Of a stretch of 64,000 bases of DNA, positions 24,653 to 37,629 are shown piece by piece. The stretch covers positions 4,497,098 through 4,561,097 of the forward strand of contig CM119269.1 in NCBI GenBank assembly GCA_051294375.1, written 5' to 3'. Origin of the DNA: Paraspadella gotoi (lineage: Eukaryota; Animalia; Chaetognatha). The stretch's first letter is position 1, and the number at the start of each line of letters is the position of its first letter. Under the pieces are notes generated by a model. That model made no database searches. It saw only the letters and a list, made by a program, of their open reading frames with translations, and was not told where the DNA came from. A program made the translations under genes and the position numbers.

Positions 24653-26315
24653 TCATTCCCCAGGTTTGAACGGATTTTTTGCTCGCAAATCCATTGAGCC
24701 TAAAGTATGGTTGACATGTCGGTGATGGTCTTCATCGGCTCGAATTACGAGTATCACGTCCCGCATGGTGGCGCTCGGGTGAAGGTGCCAGTAATTGATG
24801 GCGATATCCGGAGCTGGAAGCGAAACCCACGCGGGGAGGCGTCCAGCATCCATCTCCTCAAGGATATGGGTGTACGTCACGACGGCCTGCTCTTCGAGAT
24901 AACCCACAAACCTTTAATGTTCAAAATTAATATACGATTGGATCACTTTACGAGACCTTAAGAGAAGAGAAGCCGAAATTTTGGTTCGAGTAAAAAAGAC
25001 TGACGCAAAAAAAACCAAAAAAAAAACGACTGTACAAACCTGTGACAAAAGTGCGGACTGATTAAATATGAGACGCTGAAGAGTCCTGTAAAAGCGATTT
25101 GGCCGATGATTACCATCCCGCGAAAGATCGAACCCGGTTGCCTCAGCTGGAGAAAAGTCATTAGATGGAGGCGCTCGTTTTCCGCTTCTTCGAGGAGCGT
25201 GTGTATCCAGCCATGGTCGCGCTGGAACCGTCGCAAAGAGTGGAGATGCCGAATCATAGCAGCGGCAAAACCCGGTACTCCCGCCACCGTCTCCAAAAAT
25301 ATGCAGCGTCGGAGTACGTCCTTCTCATTTAACTTGTTGAAACGGCGCTTCAGCGTGTAGCCGGAGAGAAGGTCGAAGGACTGAAAAAAAAGATCAAAAT
25401 AACACTTAAGCAATAAGCAGATGAGCACTGCGCGGTGCTTGGTGCTCACTACCAAGAGAGCCACCGAAACTGACACCAAAAAATTGTATAGCTCTGTAAC
25501 AACAAATCGTGTTAGTTTTTTTGGGTAGCATCATTACATGGCTAACCTAAAGTGTCTACCAACAGAAGAAAGCCAAAGCTTAGGATACTTTTTAAAGATA
25601 GCATCGGACGCTCGAATTATTTCCGGATAAACATTTTTTTCACTCTTGGTATTCTCCTGCATTTTGACTGTAAAATTGACTAACACCTTGTTGACTCCCC
25701 CCTTGATGAACCTACAAGCCTTAGTTTTGAGCCTTTTAGTATTTGCGAAGAGGGTCCAGATTTCATCTTCAAGATAAACTGGCAACTTAATTTTCGGGAT
25801 ACGGAATTTATGAAAAGCTAAAAAAGTGGGTGCTAATAAAACTCACAGCTTTTTTCTATCATTTATAAGCTTGTTCATAAAAATCGGACAAAGAGTACAT
25901 ATGCTTCAACTTTTTTCTTCGGTGTCAGTTTTCCTGGCTCTCTGGGTAAATATTGAAAACTTTCCCCACTCACTCGTCGAACGAACAAGACCGAGAAATA
26001 TGCGCAGTGATCCACGAATCCGACGGGTTTCTGATGGGTGACCAGAACTTTTTCGGCCTCCGATTCCGTCCAAATTGGATGTGGCAAGTGATAGTCAACG
26101 TCCGAGTGATCGATCGTTGTTTTTCTAACCTCCGCCTTGAAATGCATTGGATTCTCCGAAGCCTTTCGCTGGTAATTTTCGAAAACGCCCAACCGAGCAG
26201 AAGCGCTAAAGGGGATTCCGAGAGTGGCGCCAAAAGGGGCGCTGTTGACGCGGAGGCTTCCAAGAATAAAATTACAGACTTGTGGATTCGTGATGAACGC
26301 GCGTCGGGATAACAT
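24653..26315 (-). CDS. AOX: Mitochondrial alternative oxidase, 3 exons
   Basis: LETVAGVPG, LLEEAENERLHLMT, RFVGYLEEQAVVTY, IRADEDHH di-iron motifs. Animal-type C-terminus NPFKPGE and an Arg-rich presequence MLSRRAF. Confidence 0.95.
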
Positions 26316-26416
26316 TTTCTTAGTCTGTCTGCGATGAAAATTCAACGAAGGCACAGGGAAATTTCGTTTGACTTTTCTCTGCACCGCAACGAAGACAACA
26401 AGATTGGCCATTTTTT

Positions 26417-28209
26417 TTAAATCTCCGGTTTTTTCAATTTACTAATGTACATTGGTCCAAAATTAGCCTTGAGACTCGGAATCACTTGAATGCCGTACTG
26501 ACAACCGCCGTAGAAGCTAAAGTTTCGGGCGAATAGTTTGATGAATGAGTTCAGATCCACCACCACTGGCTTGGGCTGATGCGGGTGGAACAGCTCGAAT
26601 TTTTCAAAAAATCGCCTGATGACGCCGTCGTTCTGTATTGGAGATATTTTGACAAAATAATATCTCAGAGATAATCTCTGAAACTAGCAAGATGCTCTTC
26701 TCAAAATCCCTCACCTGCGACGGCGACAAAGTGCAGGTGGAGTAAACGACCTCGCCCCCTGGTTGACAAAGCTCGTAGGCTCGATTCAGCAACAACGCCT
26801 GATACTCGGGGAGTCCTTCCCGCTCACGCCTTTTCCCCGGTGAGAAAACATTGTTTTCGTCGTCAGTGACAGAGAGGCGATCGTTGGAACAAGGTACATC
26901 CACGAGGATCTTATTGAATGACTTCGGCGGTCGCCACGCGAGAGCGTCTCGAGTGAAAAACTGGATGACGTTGTCCGGGGAGGAGAGGAGAACGAGGGGC
27001 TTCGGAATGTAGGAGAACATGACCTAGGGTTGGAAGAGGAAAGAGATTTCAAAGCCGGGAAAAAAAATCTTCCAACCTCAATTAACCAACCTCCTTAAAG
27101 CGTTCCATTCTACTAAAACTCTTGTCGATGGCGACGATGCTCTGAGCGCGTTTTGCAAAGAGGAGAGCAAGAGTCTTTCCGCCCGGGGCGGCACAAAGGT
27201 CGGCCACCGAATCGTCGTCCTTGAGGTCGAGAGCGACGACAGGGAGAATAGAGGCCGCGTCGAAAAGATAATACCCCAGGCGGTCGAACTTAACAGTCAC
27301 GTCAGAATTTTTAATTTATAAATTTTTTTTGACTTTTTTGGACGTCAGAGAGTTTCCACTCACTTGATGGTAAGGAGTGGGGTAAGTCTCCACGCTTCCT
27401 TTGATAGTGAGACCCAGGCTAAGCGATTCGGGAATGTCCTCGACGGCGAACCGCTTCTCCGGGACCCGCTCTTCCACGACCGGGTGGGGATCCCTCATCG
27501 CGCTCCGAAGCTTTTCTTCTTCCCGCTCTTCTTCTTCCTCGTGGATATCGAAGGCGACGGCCCGATGGTAAAGCTTTTTAGGAGGAAGGAAAAAATCGAG
27601 GGAAGCGTCGGCGCTCTGATCAAGGCGAGAATCAAGCGCCTCTTGGAATTGGTAAAGCTCATCGTCGGCATCAAAGAAGTCGTCCTCGGTGGAGACTGGA
27701 GGAACTGTTGGAAGAAGACACTAGAGATGACGACAGGAATGGCAGTCAAACAGAGATTTCGGTTCTCTTAACTATTTCCTACAACGTTAAATAATAACCA
27801 ATTAATCATAAACTATTAGTCTATTACCCAATCTCTCCACGATTTCCGGAGTCTCCCCGTTCTTCCACGCCTTGAGCCTCTCACGCGCTTCGTCCAAAGC
27901 GTCGAACGCGCCGACGTCGAGCATGACCGCGTGACATTGAGTCGTATCCAAATAAGGGTTTACGAGTAGTCCATATTTGGGTCGCGATAGCAGCGCGCAC
28001 CTTATCAAAGGCCACTTTTTTTCGCCGTAAAGGCGCGGGTAATGGGCGTCCATGTATTCGAGAGCCAAGTGAGACGCGCCGGTCGGTTTATACTGAGAGG
28101 CCCACTTCTTTTTCACGCGGCTAGAGCCGTCGCGACGCGGGATCCTGCTAACAGTAGCCGCCGTGAGTAAAAAGGGTATGGAACGCCCCTTAGTAGTGCA
28201 CAGTGCCAT
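26417..28209 (-). CDS. NSUN4: Mitochondrial rRNA m5C methyltransferase NSUN4
   Basis: YYLFDAASILPVVAL, DLCAAPGGKT, ILVDVPCSNDR, VVYSTCTLSPSQNDGVI, ANFGPMYISKL. Confidence 0.9.
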
Positions 28210-29081
28210 TGTTTTGGTTTTTAAATATTGTATTTTTCCGCTTTAATCCAGCTTACACTGTAAGAAAAGATATTCTTCCATAAAAACGACAATAAACATG
28301 AATGTATAAAATATATTAAGCATTTCCTAATACAAATTATGGAATGGAACAAAATGTGCAAGAGCATAAAAACGTGGGCAAAATAAAGTTGAGCGGAGAA
28401 TTCACATAAATAACCTTACGGAAGCGACAATTATAACAAAGCCGTAATCAGCACCGAACGGGAAAGCGAAAACAGAAATATTAAATGAAATATATAATTC
28501 GTAAAGCCGTTAATAAATAATGAAATATAAGGAAGAAAGACAATTGTAAAAGAACGTTTTTTTCCAAAATCAATTTTTATTACTTTTTTACAATGCATAA
28601 CCTCGTTTCTTATTTGTCACTATGACTGGAGAAAAAAAGCGTCGCCTTTACAATAACATCTTAAAAACCAGTAAGTTAAAAAAAAAAGAATCCTGGATGT
28701 TTGGAATATTAAGTACAGGCTCTTCCGAGGTAGAAGACTGTCAACAGCCATAAATAACGTTACCAATTCAACGGTTTTATAATATAGTACGTATGCAAAA
28801 ATAAAAAAAAGAACCACAAAAAATCCCTTAAATTCCAGAAAACGGAATCCCAAAATATCGACGAATCGTAACAAAACTTCCGGCAAAAACTACAACCCAT
28901 CCGCGCGAATACAAAGCAAGATAAAGTATCGAACGCAAACTTATAGAAATTAAACTGAATATGTTCTGAGTAAATAGAAAGGAATTTAAATTTAACAAGA
29001 GATTTGCATTTGCACACAGAGATTCTTATTTCAGATCGAGAAACCGTCACCGGTTAAAACTTAGATAGATGCGAATTTCCC

Positions 29082-32000
29082 TCAATCCTTCGACAACAAA
29101 CGATCCCGACTTCCAGTTCTCTTTTTAGACGGGGTTCCTGGTTTCGGAGAATTTGACGACGCCGTCATCATGACTAGTCCGGCGCCAATCATGTCGTCTG
29201 GGTGGGCGCCATTATGCGAAGGGACGCCGTTATTACCCGCCCGTTTGCGGTTCCGCTTGAGCTTGCTCATATCGTCGCCGAACACCTCGCCGGTTCGAAG
29301 GGCGGAGATTAGGTCGTCGAACTCCCCCGGTTTCTTTCCCGTATCTTCCGGCGCTAAAATTGGGACGATCAGAGCTTTGAACGAAGGGACACTTCGAACG
29401 GACAAACAAAAACTGAATTCGTGACTCACTTTGATCATCGCCCCGGGTTCCCCGTTTCGATTTGGATCGATTCGCCCGTTCTTTCTCGCGAATTTCCATT
29501 TCCTTTATTTACACAAAGAATTCGCACACGTTAAAAGTTAAGACATTTTTATTTTCAAATTTCCCTACATCCACTTTTTTACCTTCATTCTCTTCTCGTC
29601 GTCCGCCTTTTTACGGCGCGAAGTCTCGTTTTCAACTCGGGCCTCCGTAAAGGAAACGATAAAATTGTCGAAGACAGAAAAAAATTCGTCGGGCTGCATC
29701 TTCGCCGAATCCTCTCCAAAGAGCTTGGTCACGGCGGCGTACTGTTGATGATAATAACCAGCTTTATTCAAACATACAAATATGAGGTGACCAATGACCA
29801 ACCTCCTTTTTCATATCTTTGACGGCGTCTTCGAGGTCGGAAAACTTGCAACTTGCGACGGTGACGAACTCTGCGACCACGGAAATAAATTTGTCTCGCG
29901 GGTCATTAGCGCTCCCACCCTCGGCGCGCGAGCGGTGGAAGGCAAGTTCCTTCTCGACGTCCTTTAAGCCGTCTCGAAGGACTGTCACCTCATTCTCCAG
30001 TTCGGTCATGCTCTCCTGAAAACAGATTTCAACATATTTTTACATAAGACTTTCGCAGTAAGATAAATAACTTTGGTGCAAACAAACCTTCGAAGCCGCC
30101 TTTACGGCGTGAAGCTCCTCTGGGATTTTCAAAAGATGCGGAAAGAATTTTCCCAAAGTTTCCACGAGGTAGTGAAGCAGAGTTATGTTTTTATCTTGAG
30201 AAGACTTTGTATCTATTATCTGAAAAAACGTCTATAATTAATCCCACTCGTTTATTAAACCTTCAATATTACGTAGACAACTTTTGAACCTTGTTCAACG
30301 ACGCAATCTTGAACCCGTAAGCATTGCCCCTTTGTCCTTTATTCATGTAGTTCCCGAAAGCGAGAACAATCTCAAGAACCTCAGTGATGCTCGTGCTCTG
30401 AGCCAACTGGCGGCTGGCGTCGTGAATGCTTTGCACTTTAGGCTTGACGGCGTTGATGCGTTCGGTGAAACTCTTTTTATAGAAGAGCGCTTTGAGGCGC
30501 TTTTCGTAGTGGACGATGCGCGACATTTCGTAAAAAAATCTGAGAAGAGATCAACAAGAAATCCACTAATTAATACACCGATTATTGTGTGATTAATATT
30601 TTAATAAATAGATTACCTGTCCGCTCTAGCCATTTCGTCAAGTTTTTGACCGTGCTCCTCCAACAATGCCGTCTCCTCTTGAGATGGCACATACTTTAAC
30701 AACTGTTCAACCATGTCCTTCGGAATTTCATTGTTCTTGTCCATGCACAGGATGGCGTTCGCGATCTTAAGGATCGAATAAAAAAAAATTGGGGTGATCA
30801 ACCCAAAAATAACCCAAAAGGGAAACGCGAAACCAGAAAACATTTAATTAATATACAACATATATAAAAACCTCGGGATTGCTTAGCTTGAGCTTGGACA
30901 AGAGAATCGTGCAATTTTGCGCACGACGTCCGTCAATGACAGATAACTCCCGATGCTTCGACGACGGAAGTTTGAGGGAGGCTTGAAGAGAGACGCCATC
31001 TTCGGGAGAAACGGCGTCTTGACGTTGATAAGCCGAAAACATGCGGTCTGGGGGGAAACGAAAATTATAAAAGTAAAAAATGAAGAAAAAACTTGGATGA
31101 CTTACCGATCTCTCTTAAATCCAATCTTGAATACAGTTTTGTATCGTCGAGCTTTCTCCACACTGTTTCATCAACTTTGTTATCGGGCAACTTGGCCCAG
31201 TTAAAACTCTTCAGTGGATTTTGTGGTTGAGGAATATTTTTCTTTTTTCCCATAGGTCTAAAGTCCCCAGGGGGTTTAGGTCCCCCGGGCGGAGGTGGGG
31301 GACCCCCGGGGACTGGTGGAGGACCACCCGGAGGAGGCGGGGGGGGAGGAGGAGCCCCCATAGGTGGCGGAGGTGGAGGCGGCGGCGGTGGCGCTGAGGG
31401 AGCAGAGATTTTAGATGAAGATTGAGTTCCGGACAGTTTGACTTTGGCGTCGTCGGGAATGTTGCCCGATTTGAAAAGGATCTCGAGTCTTTCCCTCTCG
31501 CTCTTTTCAGTCTCGAGTTGTCCCTTGAGATGGTGGAAGTGTTGGGTTATCTCGTCGAGACTTCGCTGCGTCTCCGTGTGGACGTTTGTCTCTCGCTCCA
31601 ACTTGGACTTCATCTTGGAGACGGCGTCGACCATCTCCTCTTTCTCTTGCGTCCTCAACTCGCACTCCTTTTCCTTCTTTCCCAGTTGATGACTCACTTC
31701 GTCGTTTTGCTTTTGCAATTCTCTGATAAAAAAAACAGGATCAAATAAGACCATCTCCATTGAAACCAATGAGTAAAGACACTGTCGTACAAACCTGATC
31801 TTGGATTGAACCTCCTTGATTTCGTTCTCATTAACCAGCATTCTCACAATCTTGTTGACGTTAAGGTCGATGGGTTCGCAGTCCGGGTTGTGACCGTTTT
31901 TGCTCTGTAGGCTGACCTGCTGCACGATCCGATCCAGCAGCTGCCAGTGTTGGGTATTGGTCTTGTAATTAGGGCCGTGTAACGGGAGCAACAGCGAGTG

Positions 32001-33792
32001 TTCGAGGATGGAGAGGAAATGCGGGTAAGACTGGGTGTAGTTGAGTTTTTTCCGGAGGACGTCGAACATGGCGCTCGCGCTTTTCGAATCTATGTGATCG
32101 AGACCATAGCGCTGGGCCAGGTCCTTTTCGTCCTCTATCCGAACCTAAAAGTTTCGTGACATTAAAGCGTAAAAACTAACGAATCAAAATTCTTACAGGG
32201 AAGAGAACTAAAATTACCATCTCGAAAAAGTCAATGTGTCGGTCGAGAGTAACGTTTTCCATTTCCCTTAGTTTGTCAAGAATAGGTTGAATACCAAGCA
32301 TAAGGAACTCGTAGCGAAGGTGAATACGAAACTCCAAATGCTCCTCCCCCGGTCCGTAATTGAGGGCGGCGTTAAAAAAAGAAAGGATTGCCGTCTTTAA
32401 CGCCATGTCCTCCCTAGTTCCCAGGCTGTCGGCCATCTAAATTTAACGGGCATGAATTTACTCAAATCGATATTTTGCAAAAACCGCAGACCTTTTTGTA
32501 CCTGACTCCAGGTATTGCTTCGGGGAGGTGAAGTAATCGGAGAGGCAGAGCCGCTTTGACTTCCCCCGTAGCCGACGCTGCTGCTGATGCTGCCGGAAAT
32601 CCCGCCGGCGTTTGCACCAAGTCGAGGTTCCAGATCGCAGATTAACGTTTGAAAGCGCGTTCGTTCTCCTAGCACGGTGGGGAAGTAGAAAGTTTTGATA
32701 AAACAAATTTAAATAGAGTGTAAATGGAGAAAGCGACTTTACCGGCGTATTGCTGGTAGTGATACATGGCTTGAAGGACTTTCTTGTGGCCTCCTGGGAC
32801 GAGGCAAACGGCGCCCAGTATTTCGAGCACAGCGATCTTTGTTTTGACGATGGAAGTGTAAAGCGATTGAGCGATAATCTTTATCGAGTCGGGATGAGAC
32901 AAAACGTGGGACCGGCCGTGCGAATTGTTCATCAAGGCCTGGATGCAGCCAATGGCCGAGTAGTGGACGGGACCCGATCGCGTCTCCGCGTCCATCGAGG
33001 CAAGTAAATTTAGGATGCAGTCCAGTCCCTGACAAAATTTCATCGTATCTTAGGCAGGAAATTTAGAAAGGTTGACGAGTTTTTGATACTACATACTTCG
33101 TTCATTGAATACTAATGCGTATCAATAAAAAAAAACATCGTTTTTTAAAATATATTATTGGATATACCAATTTCATAGATAAAACGAAAGACACTCCTCA
33201 CTTGTAATTCGATAAATCTCGTGACGAAAGAGTTTGGCTGCGTTCGCAGCGCCGTTTTAAGACTCTCAACTAGCTGCTCCAAGGAGCATTCTCGCTGTTG
33301 ATTGTCGTCTTGAAGACGGTAGACCGAAGCCTTGACGACCGACGTTATCCTTTCGACGTAATAATCAGGCCACTTAGCCGAATTGGGGTCGGCTTCCTCC
33401 TGCAAGCGAAATAGTAGACAATTTTATACATCGTGACAGATTTGTTTCGACCTTGAAGATTTTATTTAAACCAACCTTTTTCCGACTACAGTATAGTTGC
33501 CACTTTTTCTCTAGCGGCATCTCAAACATTTGCTGTCGTTGTGCTGGTGGTAAATCTAATTCCTCAACAATCTCCGTGAATTTGGCGTCAATTTCTGACG
33601 TGTCAGATGGCATTGGTTGTTCGCTCGCCATTGCCTGCATAACAAGCGATTTTAATTTAATTCTAACTTTTACTAAAAGGAGCTTTTCATCGTTTTAATA
33701 TATACCTGCAAGACTCCAGCCGATCTAGAGTCGATAACGATTTCTGGGGGGCCATTTGGGGCCCCCGGTATACAGAAACATAGGCCCTTCAT
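29082..33792 (-). CDS. DAAM: DAAM-family formin (GBD/FH3, poly-Pro FH1, FH2, DAD)
   Basis: [35 protein letters not shown], poly-Pro FH1, [57 protein letters not shown]. Confidence 0.95.
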
Positions 33793-34926
33793 TCTTTCTG
33801 CAAATAGAAAAGATTCGATTTTTGTTTTCGTAGGACCACTTCTTCACGAACTTTAATAACTTACATATAATTCGGGTTTAAGTAATGTTTTTCCGATGGC
33901 TTTTCATCAGAAATTGCCAAATCATCTTCACAAACTGCTTTACAAATTAATACATTTAACGATTTTTTTTTCAGTAATTACATAGAAAGAAAAAGAGCAT
34001 AAACAAACTAAATCATAGAATAAGCAAGAATCACCAAAAATTTAAGCATAAGGAAAAAAGGTTTAAAACGCATATAACAGAAAAACAGAAAAACAAACTA
34101 AAACGTCAGAAGATGTTCGTCTTACTTCCAGTGACGTGCTGATATTCTCTTCCTCTTCTCCTTTCGTTAAACAAGGATTATCCTCTTCTTTTCTCAAATT
34201 CTTCTGTCAACTCGAAGCCGTAAACGAGACAAGGGCGGAGTACGGTTTATTCATTGGCTCTAATGCATTAAATTTATAAATATCAATTCACTTTGTATTA
34301 TAAAATTTTTCTTTTTAAATTTACAACCTCCAATGAAAAATTTTTTAAACAACTTTTTTAATCATTTCGTAAAAAGGTATAGAATAATGACTGTACTTTT
34401 TGTTTTCATCAAGAAGTGGAACAGAATGCACAAAATAGCATTTTTTTTTTCTGAAATAAAAAGGAGAAACAACAATATTATGCATTCGGTGAATTGGAAG
34501 TTAAGCGATTGTATGGTAATGGTCAACATTTAAAAATATAAATAGCATTTATTGTTTTATAAAATGTTCCAAGAACATTCAAATACTCAAAACGTAATTA
34601 AAAATTCTCTGCTCGCTTCCATCTGACATGAAAGCTCTTTGCTTTCATTTTCATTTTTGTATCTTGTATTTTGTTTCAATGTTGACTATTACTTGACATC
34701 TAATTCTTCAGAATTAGTAACATTGTTGTTTTCCTTTTTCCTTTCAGAAAAAAAAAACATTTATTTAAATAAAAAAATATTTTGTAGCATTTTGTTATTC
34801 AATTGAATATTTTAATAAAATTTTGAAAAAATTATATTCCTAATGGTCTCGTCACTCAGTTAATACCATTAATGATCTAAATTTAGGTTTGCATAATCTC
34901 CATCTCATTTGTTCAACTACCCAAGA

Positions 34927-36062
34927 ATGTCAAATGAAGGTTTAAATATGAAAAGAAAATCATCGGGCGACTCCAAGGAAGAGGACGAACCAGAAGCCAA
35001 AAGAATGGAGAAGTCCGAAGATTTGGTCCTTGAAGCTAAAGTAGAAAGTGACAGCGGAATCACAACTGGTGGAGACAACGATGACGCTGATCAGATTCAG
35101 CCCGGGAAGTATGTTTTCTGTTTGGTTAAAAGAATAAGAATAGAAATAAACCAAATTAAAATTCTTTAGTAGGATTCTCGTCTCCATTGCTTCCAAAAGC
35201 CCTGAAAAATCAAACAAAGACTTTACAACTAATAAACCTTGCATATTAGAAGAGGATGGACAAGAAGAGAACGATTCTGATTTCAAACTAGATGAAAATG
35301 AAATAAAATCAATGAAAGCAGAAACTGGTGGCCACGATGATGAAAAAAATATTTGCGAAAGTTCAATTAATATTTTAAATAAAACAACTTTAGAGGAACC
35401 GACCGAAACTCCGGATATAATTTTTGCCTGCGACATTTGCGACTTTAAAGTATGTATTTTTGTATTTCTTTTTGTCATCTTTTCGTTTATTAATAGGCTT
35501 CTTTTTAACTTTAAGTTGGTCATTGGAGTCACCAGCTCATGACCCACAGGATATTTTTAACGCAATCGTTTAAATTAAAAGATTATGTCACGCAAATTAC
35601 TCTTAAATTCTAATAATTTTTTTTCGTTCATTCCCTCTCCAGGACACAATCGATAAAGTACGTAACCACAAGGCGTCTCGTCACGGGTCAGGATTGTCTC
35701 GACAACGCATCGGACTTAAGGTGGCGGTGGATTCGGGTCCCGCGAAAAAAAGGAAGTTCGTCGGTATTGACGAATACTTCTCCGTTGAGGACACCAACCG
35801 GATGAAATGTCGACAGTGTTCAATGATCCTCCAGACTAAATCAGTGCCCGACCACATAGTCAGGTGTAGCGGTAACAAGTTCTTCTGTGCGCTTTGTTGC
35901 AGCGGCTTTATCACTTCGGAACTGCTGCAACAGCATAAATTAGAGAACCATCACCAGTGTGAAATATGCGGGAGAGAATTTATCGACGCGGGAGACTTTC
36001 TTCAACGACATCAGGACAAATGCCGCAAGATGAAGGAACTGGCTTCGAAAATGGCACCCTAG
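34927..36062 (+). CDS. C2H2 zinc-finger protein, 3 exons, divergent from DAAM
   Basis: Acidic N-terminus, then CDICDF...H, CRQCS...HIVRC, CALCCSGF...HKLENH, CEICGREF...HQDKC. Confidence 0.75.
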
Positions 36063-36791
36063 GAGATCTAAAGATATCCTCAAATATATTTTTCACGTTG
36101 AGCAAGTTTTTCATACATGATTCGAGTAATCTATTGTGCGTTATATTCGTTCATTTATTCATGCTTAAATGCTTTCTAATTTAGTCATGTAGAAGCTTTC
36201 AAAAATGGATTCATAATCAATCAGTTTTTATAATTAATATTTAATATAGTATTATAAAATATAATCTATTATAAACTACTTGAATGAAAACTACGAAACA
36301 AATTTGTTAAATAAAAATTGTTTTATCAATAACATAGATGATAGATGCATTTACAAATATTTTATATTGCTACATTAAAATGTTCCATTTAGTTTTTATA
36401 TTCCTCTAGCTTTCATCGTTGTCCATTTTTCTAATTGATTTCCTTTTCTCGTTTTCAAAAGAAATGAAATTATTTTGACTTTTTAATACTCAAAACTTGG
36501 AAATCGCCTCAACTCAAGAAATACTCATCGGTTTACCAATAAAAATCTCATGATCTCATTCTTTGAAAAAAGTACATAACATGCGTAAATCTCAGCATTA
36601 ATCCCTTTACCAAAGCACATTCTTCATCGCTCCTTATCTTCTTTGAGATCTCTGGCTGAATTAGGAAGCGCGATAGATCCATAAAAAAGATTTCATCATG
36701 CGAGAGTAATTATTTGAAAAAAAATTTTTAAAAATTATACGAAAGTTCCCGTATTCGTTGCGGTCGCTTGGTTTTCTTGGAATATTTCACG

Positions 36792-37629
36792 ATGAAATTC
36801 GTGTATCTCTTGGCCTTCGTTCTGCTCTTCCCCGATTGTTTGGCAACCCTGTCGGCTCAGAGTCCCAACACCTGCAGTCGCGACGTTCTAGTCGAGGAAG
36901 AATTCACAGTTCCCTACCACAAGCCCCATCAAATCACGACGACGACCTTTTGCTTGGCCAAGTGGCCGCCCGTCTGCACCCAAAAGAGGACGATCTACAA
37001 ACTCAGCTATCGAACCCAAACGCGAACTCGACTCCGGACTGACGTTTACTGTTGTCCTGGATACGCGGAACACGAAGACAGGTTTTTTTAAACTCTCAAT
37101 TCAAATGTTTATCATACGAAATATAATCCCATATTCGTTGAATTAGGTGCATCCCAGCTTGCGCAGAATCATGCTTCCGGGGAGATTGCGTGGAGCCGAA
37201 CGTGTGCCAGTGCGAAGCGGGATATCGCGGTCGACTGTGCGATTCCCTGTGTCGACCTGGGACGTTTGGGAAAAGGTCCTCTACAATTTCTTTGTTTAAG
37301 GCTTGTTCATTTGTTTATTGTAAGCAATTCCGATCATGCTTTTATATCCTTCTGTCACTTCCCCCCTCCTTCCTCTTTTTTCTTATTACTTGCTCTTGCC
37401 ATCGACCCCACTAAACAAAAAAATTGGCATAGTTTTTTCTGCATTTTTGATTGCCAATGATCTAGACTCTAATGGGTGCGTTAATAATTTTAAGGTGCGA
37501 AAGAGAATGCAAATGCGCAAACGGTGCTAGTTGCGATCCGACTTCTGGGGAATGTCTTTGCTCTGAAGGGTGGAGGGGAGTCACCTGCGAAGACAGTTGT
37601 CCCGAAGGCACTTACGGACCGGACTGCAG
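36792..37629 (+). CDS. MEGF10/Draper-like receptor, N-terminal part (36792-37081, 37147-37275, 37495-37629): signal peptide, EMI domain, first EGF repeats
   Basis: MKFVYLLAFVLL signal peptide, EMI domain (PNTC...FCLAKWPPVC...CCPGY), NIM/EGF repeat CIPACAESCFRGDCVEPNVCQC. It ends at unpaired phase-2 donor TGC AG|gtaaat. Confidence 0.88.

Noticed and set aside
24653-26315. Horizontal transfer or contamination origin for AOX or the LPMO
   Set aside because: Both have host-style introns, AOX has the animal C-terminal NP(F/Y)xPG signature, and AA15 LPMOs are known animal genes.
27364-27771. Antisense ORFs over exons (this one and many similar, e.g. 7695-8108, 51814-52233, 62411-62851)
   Set aside because: These are shadow frames of CpG-rich coding exons on the opposite strand.
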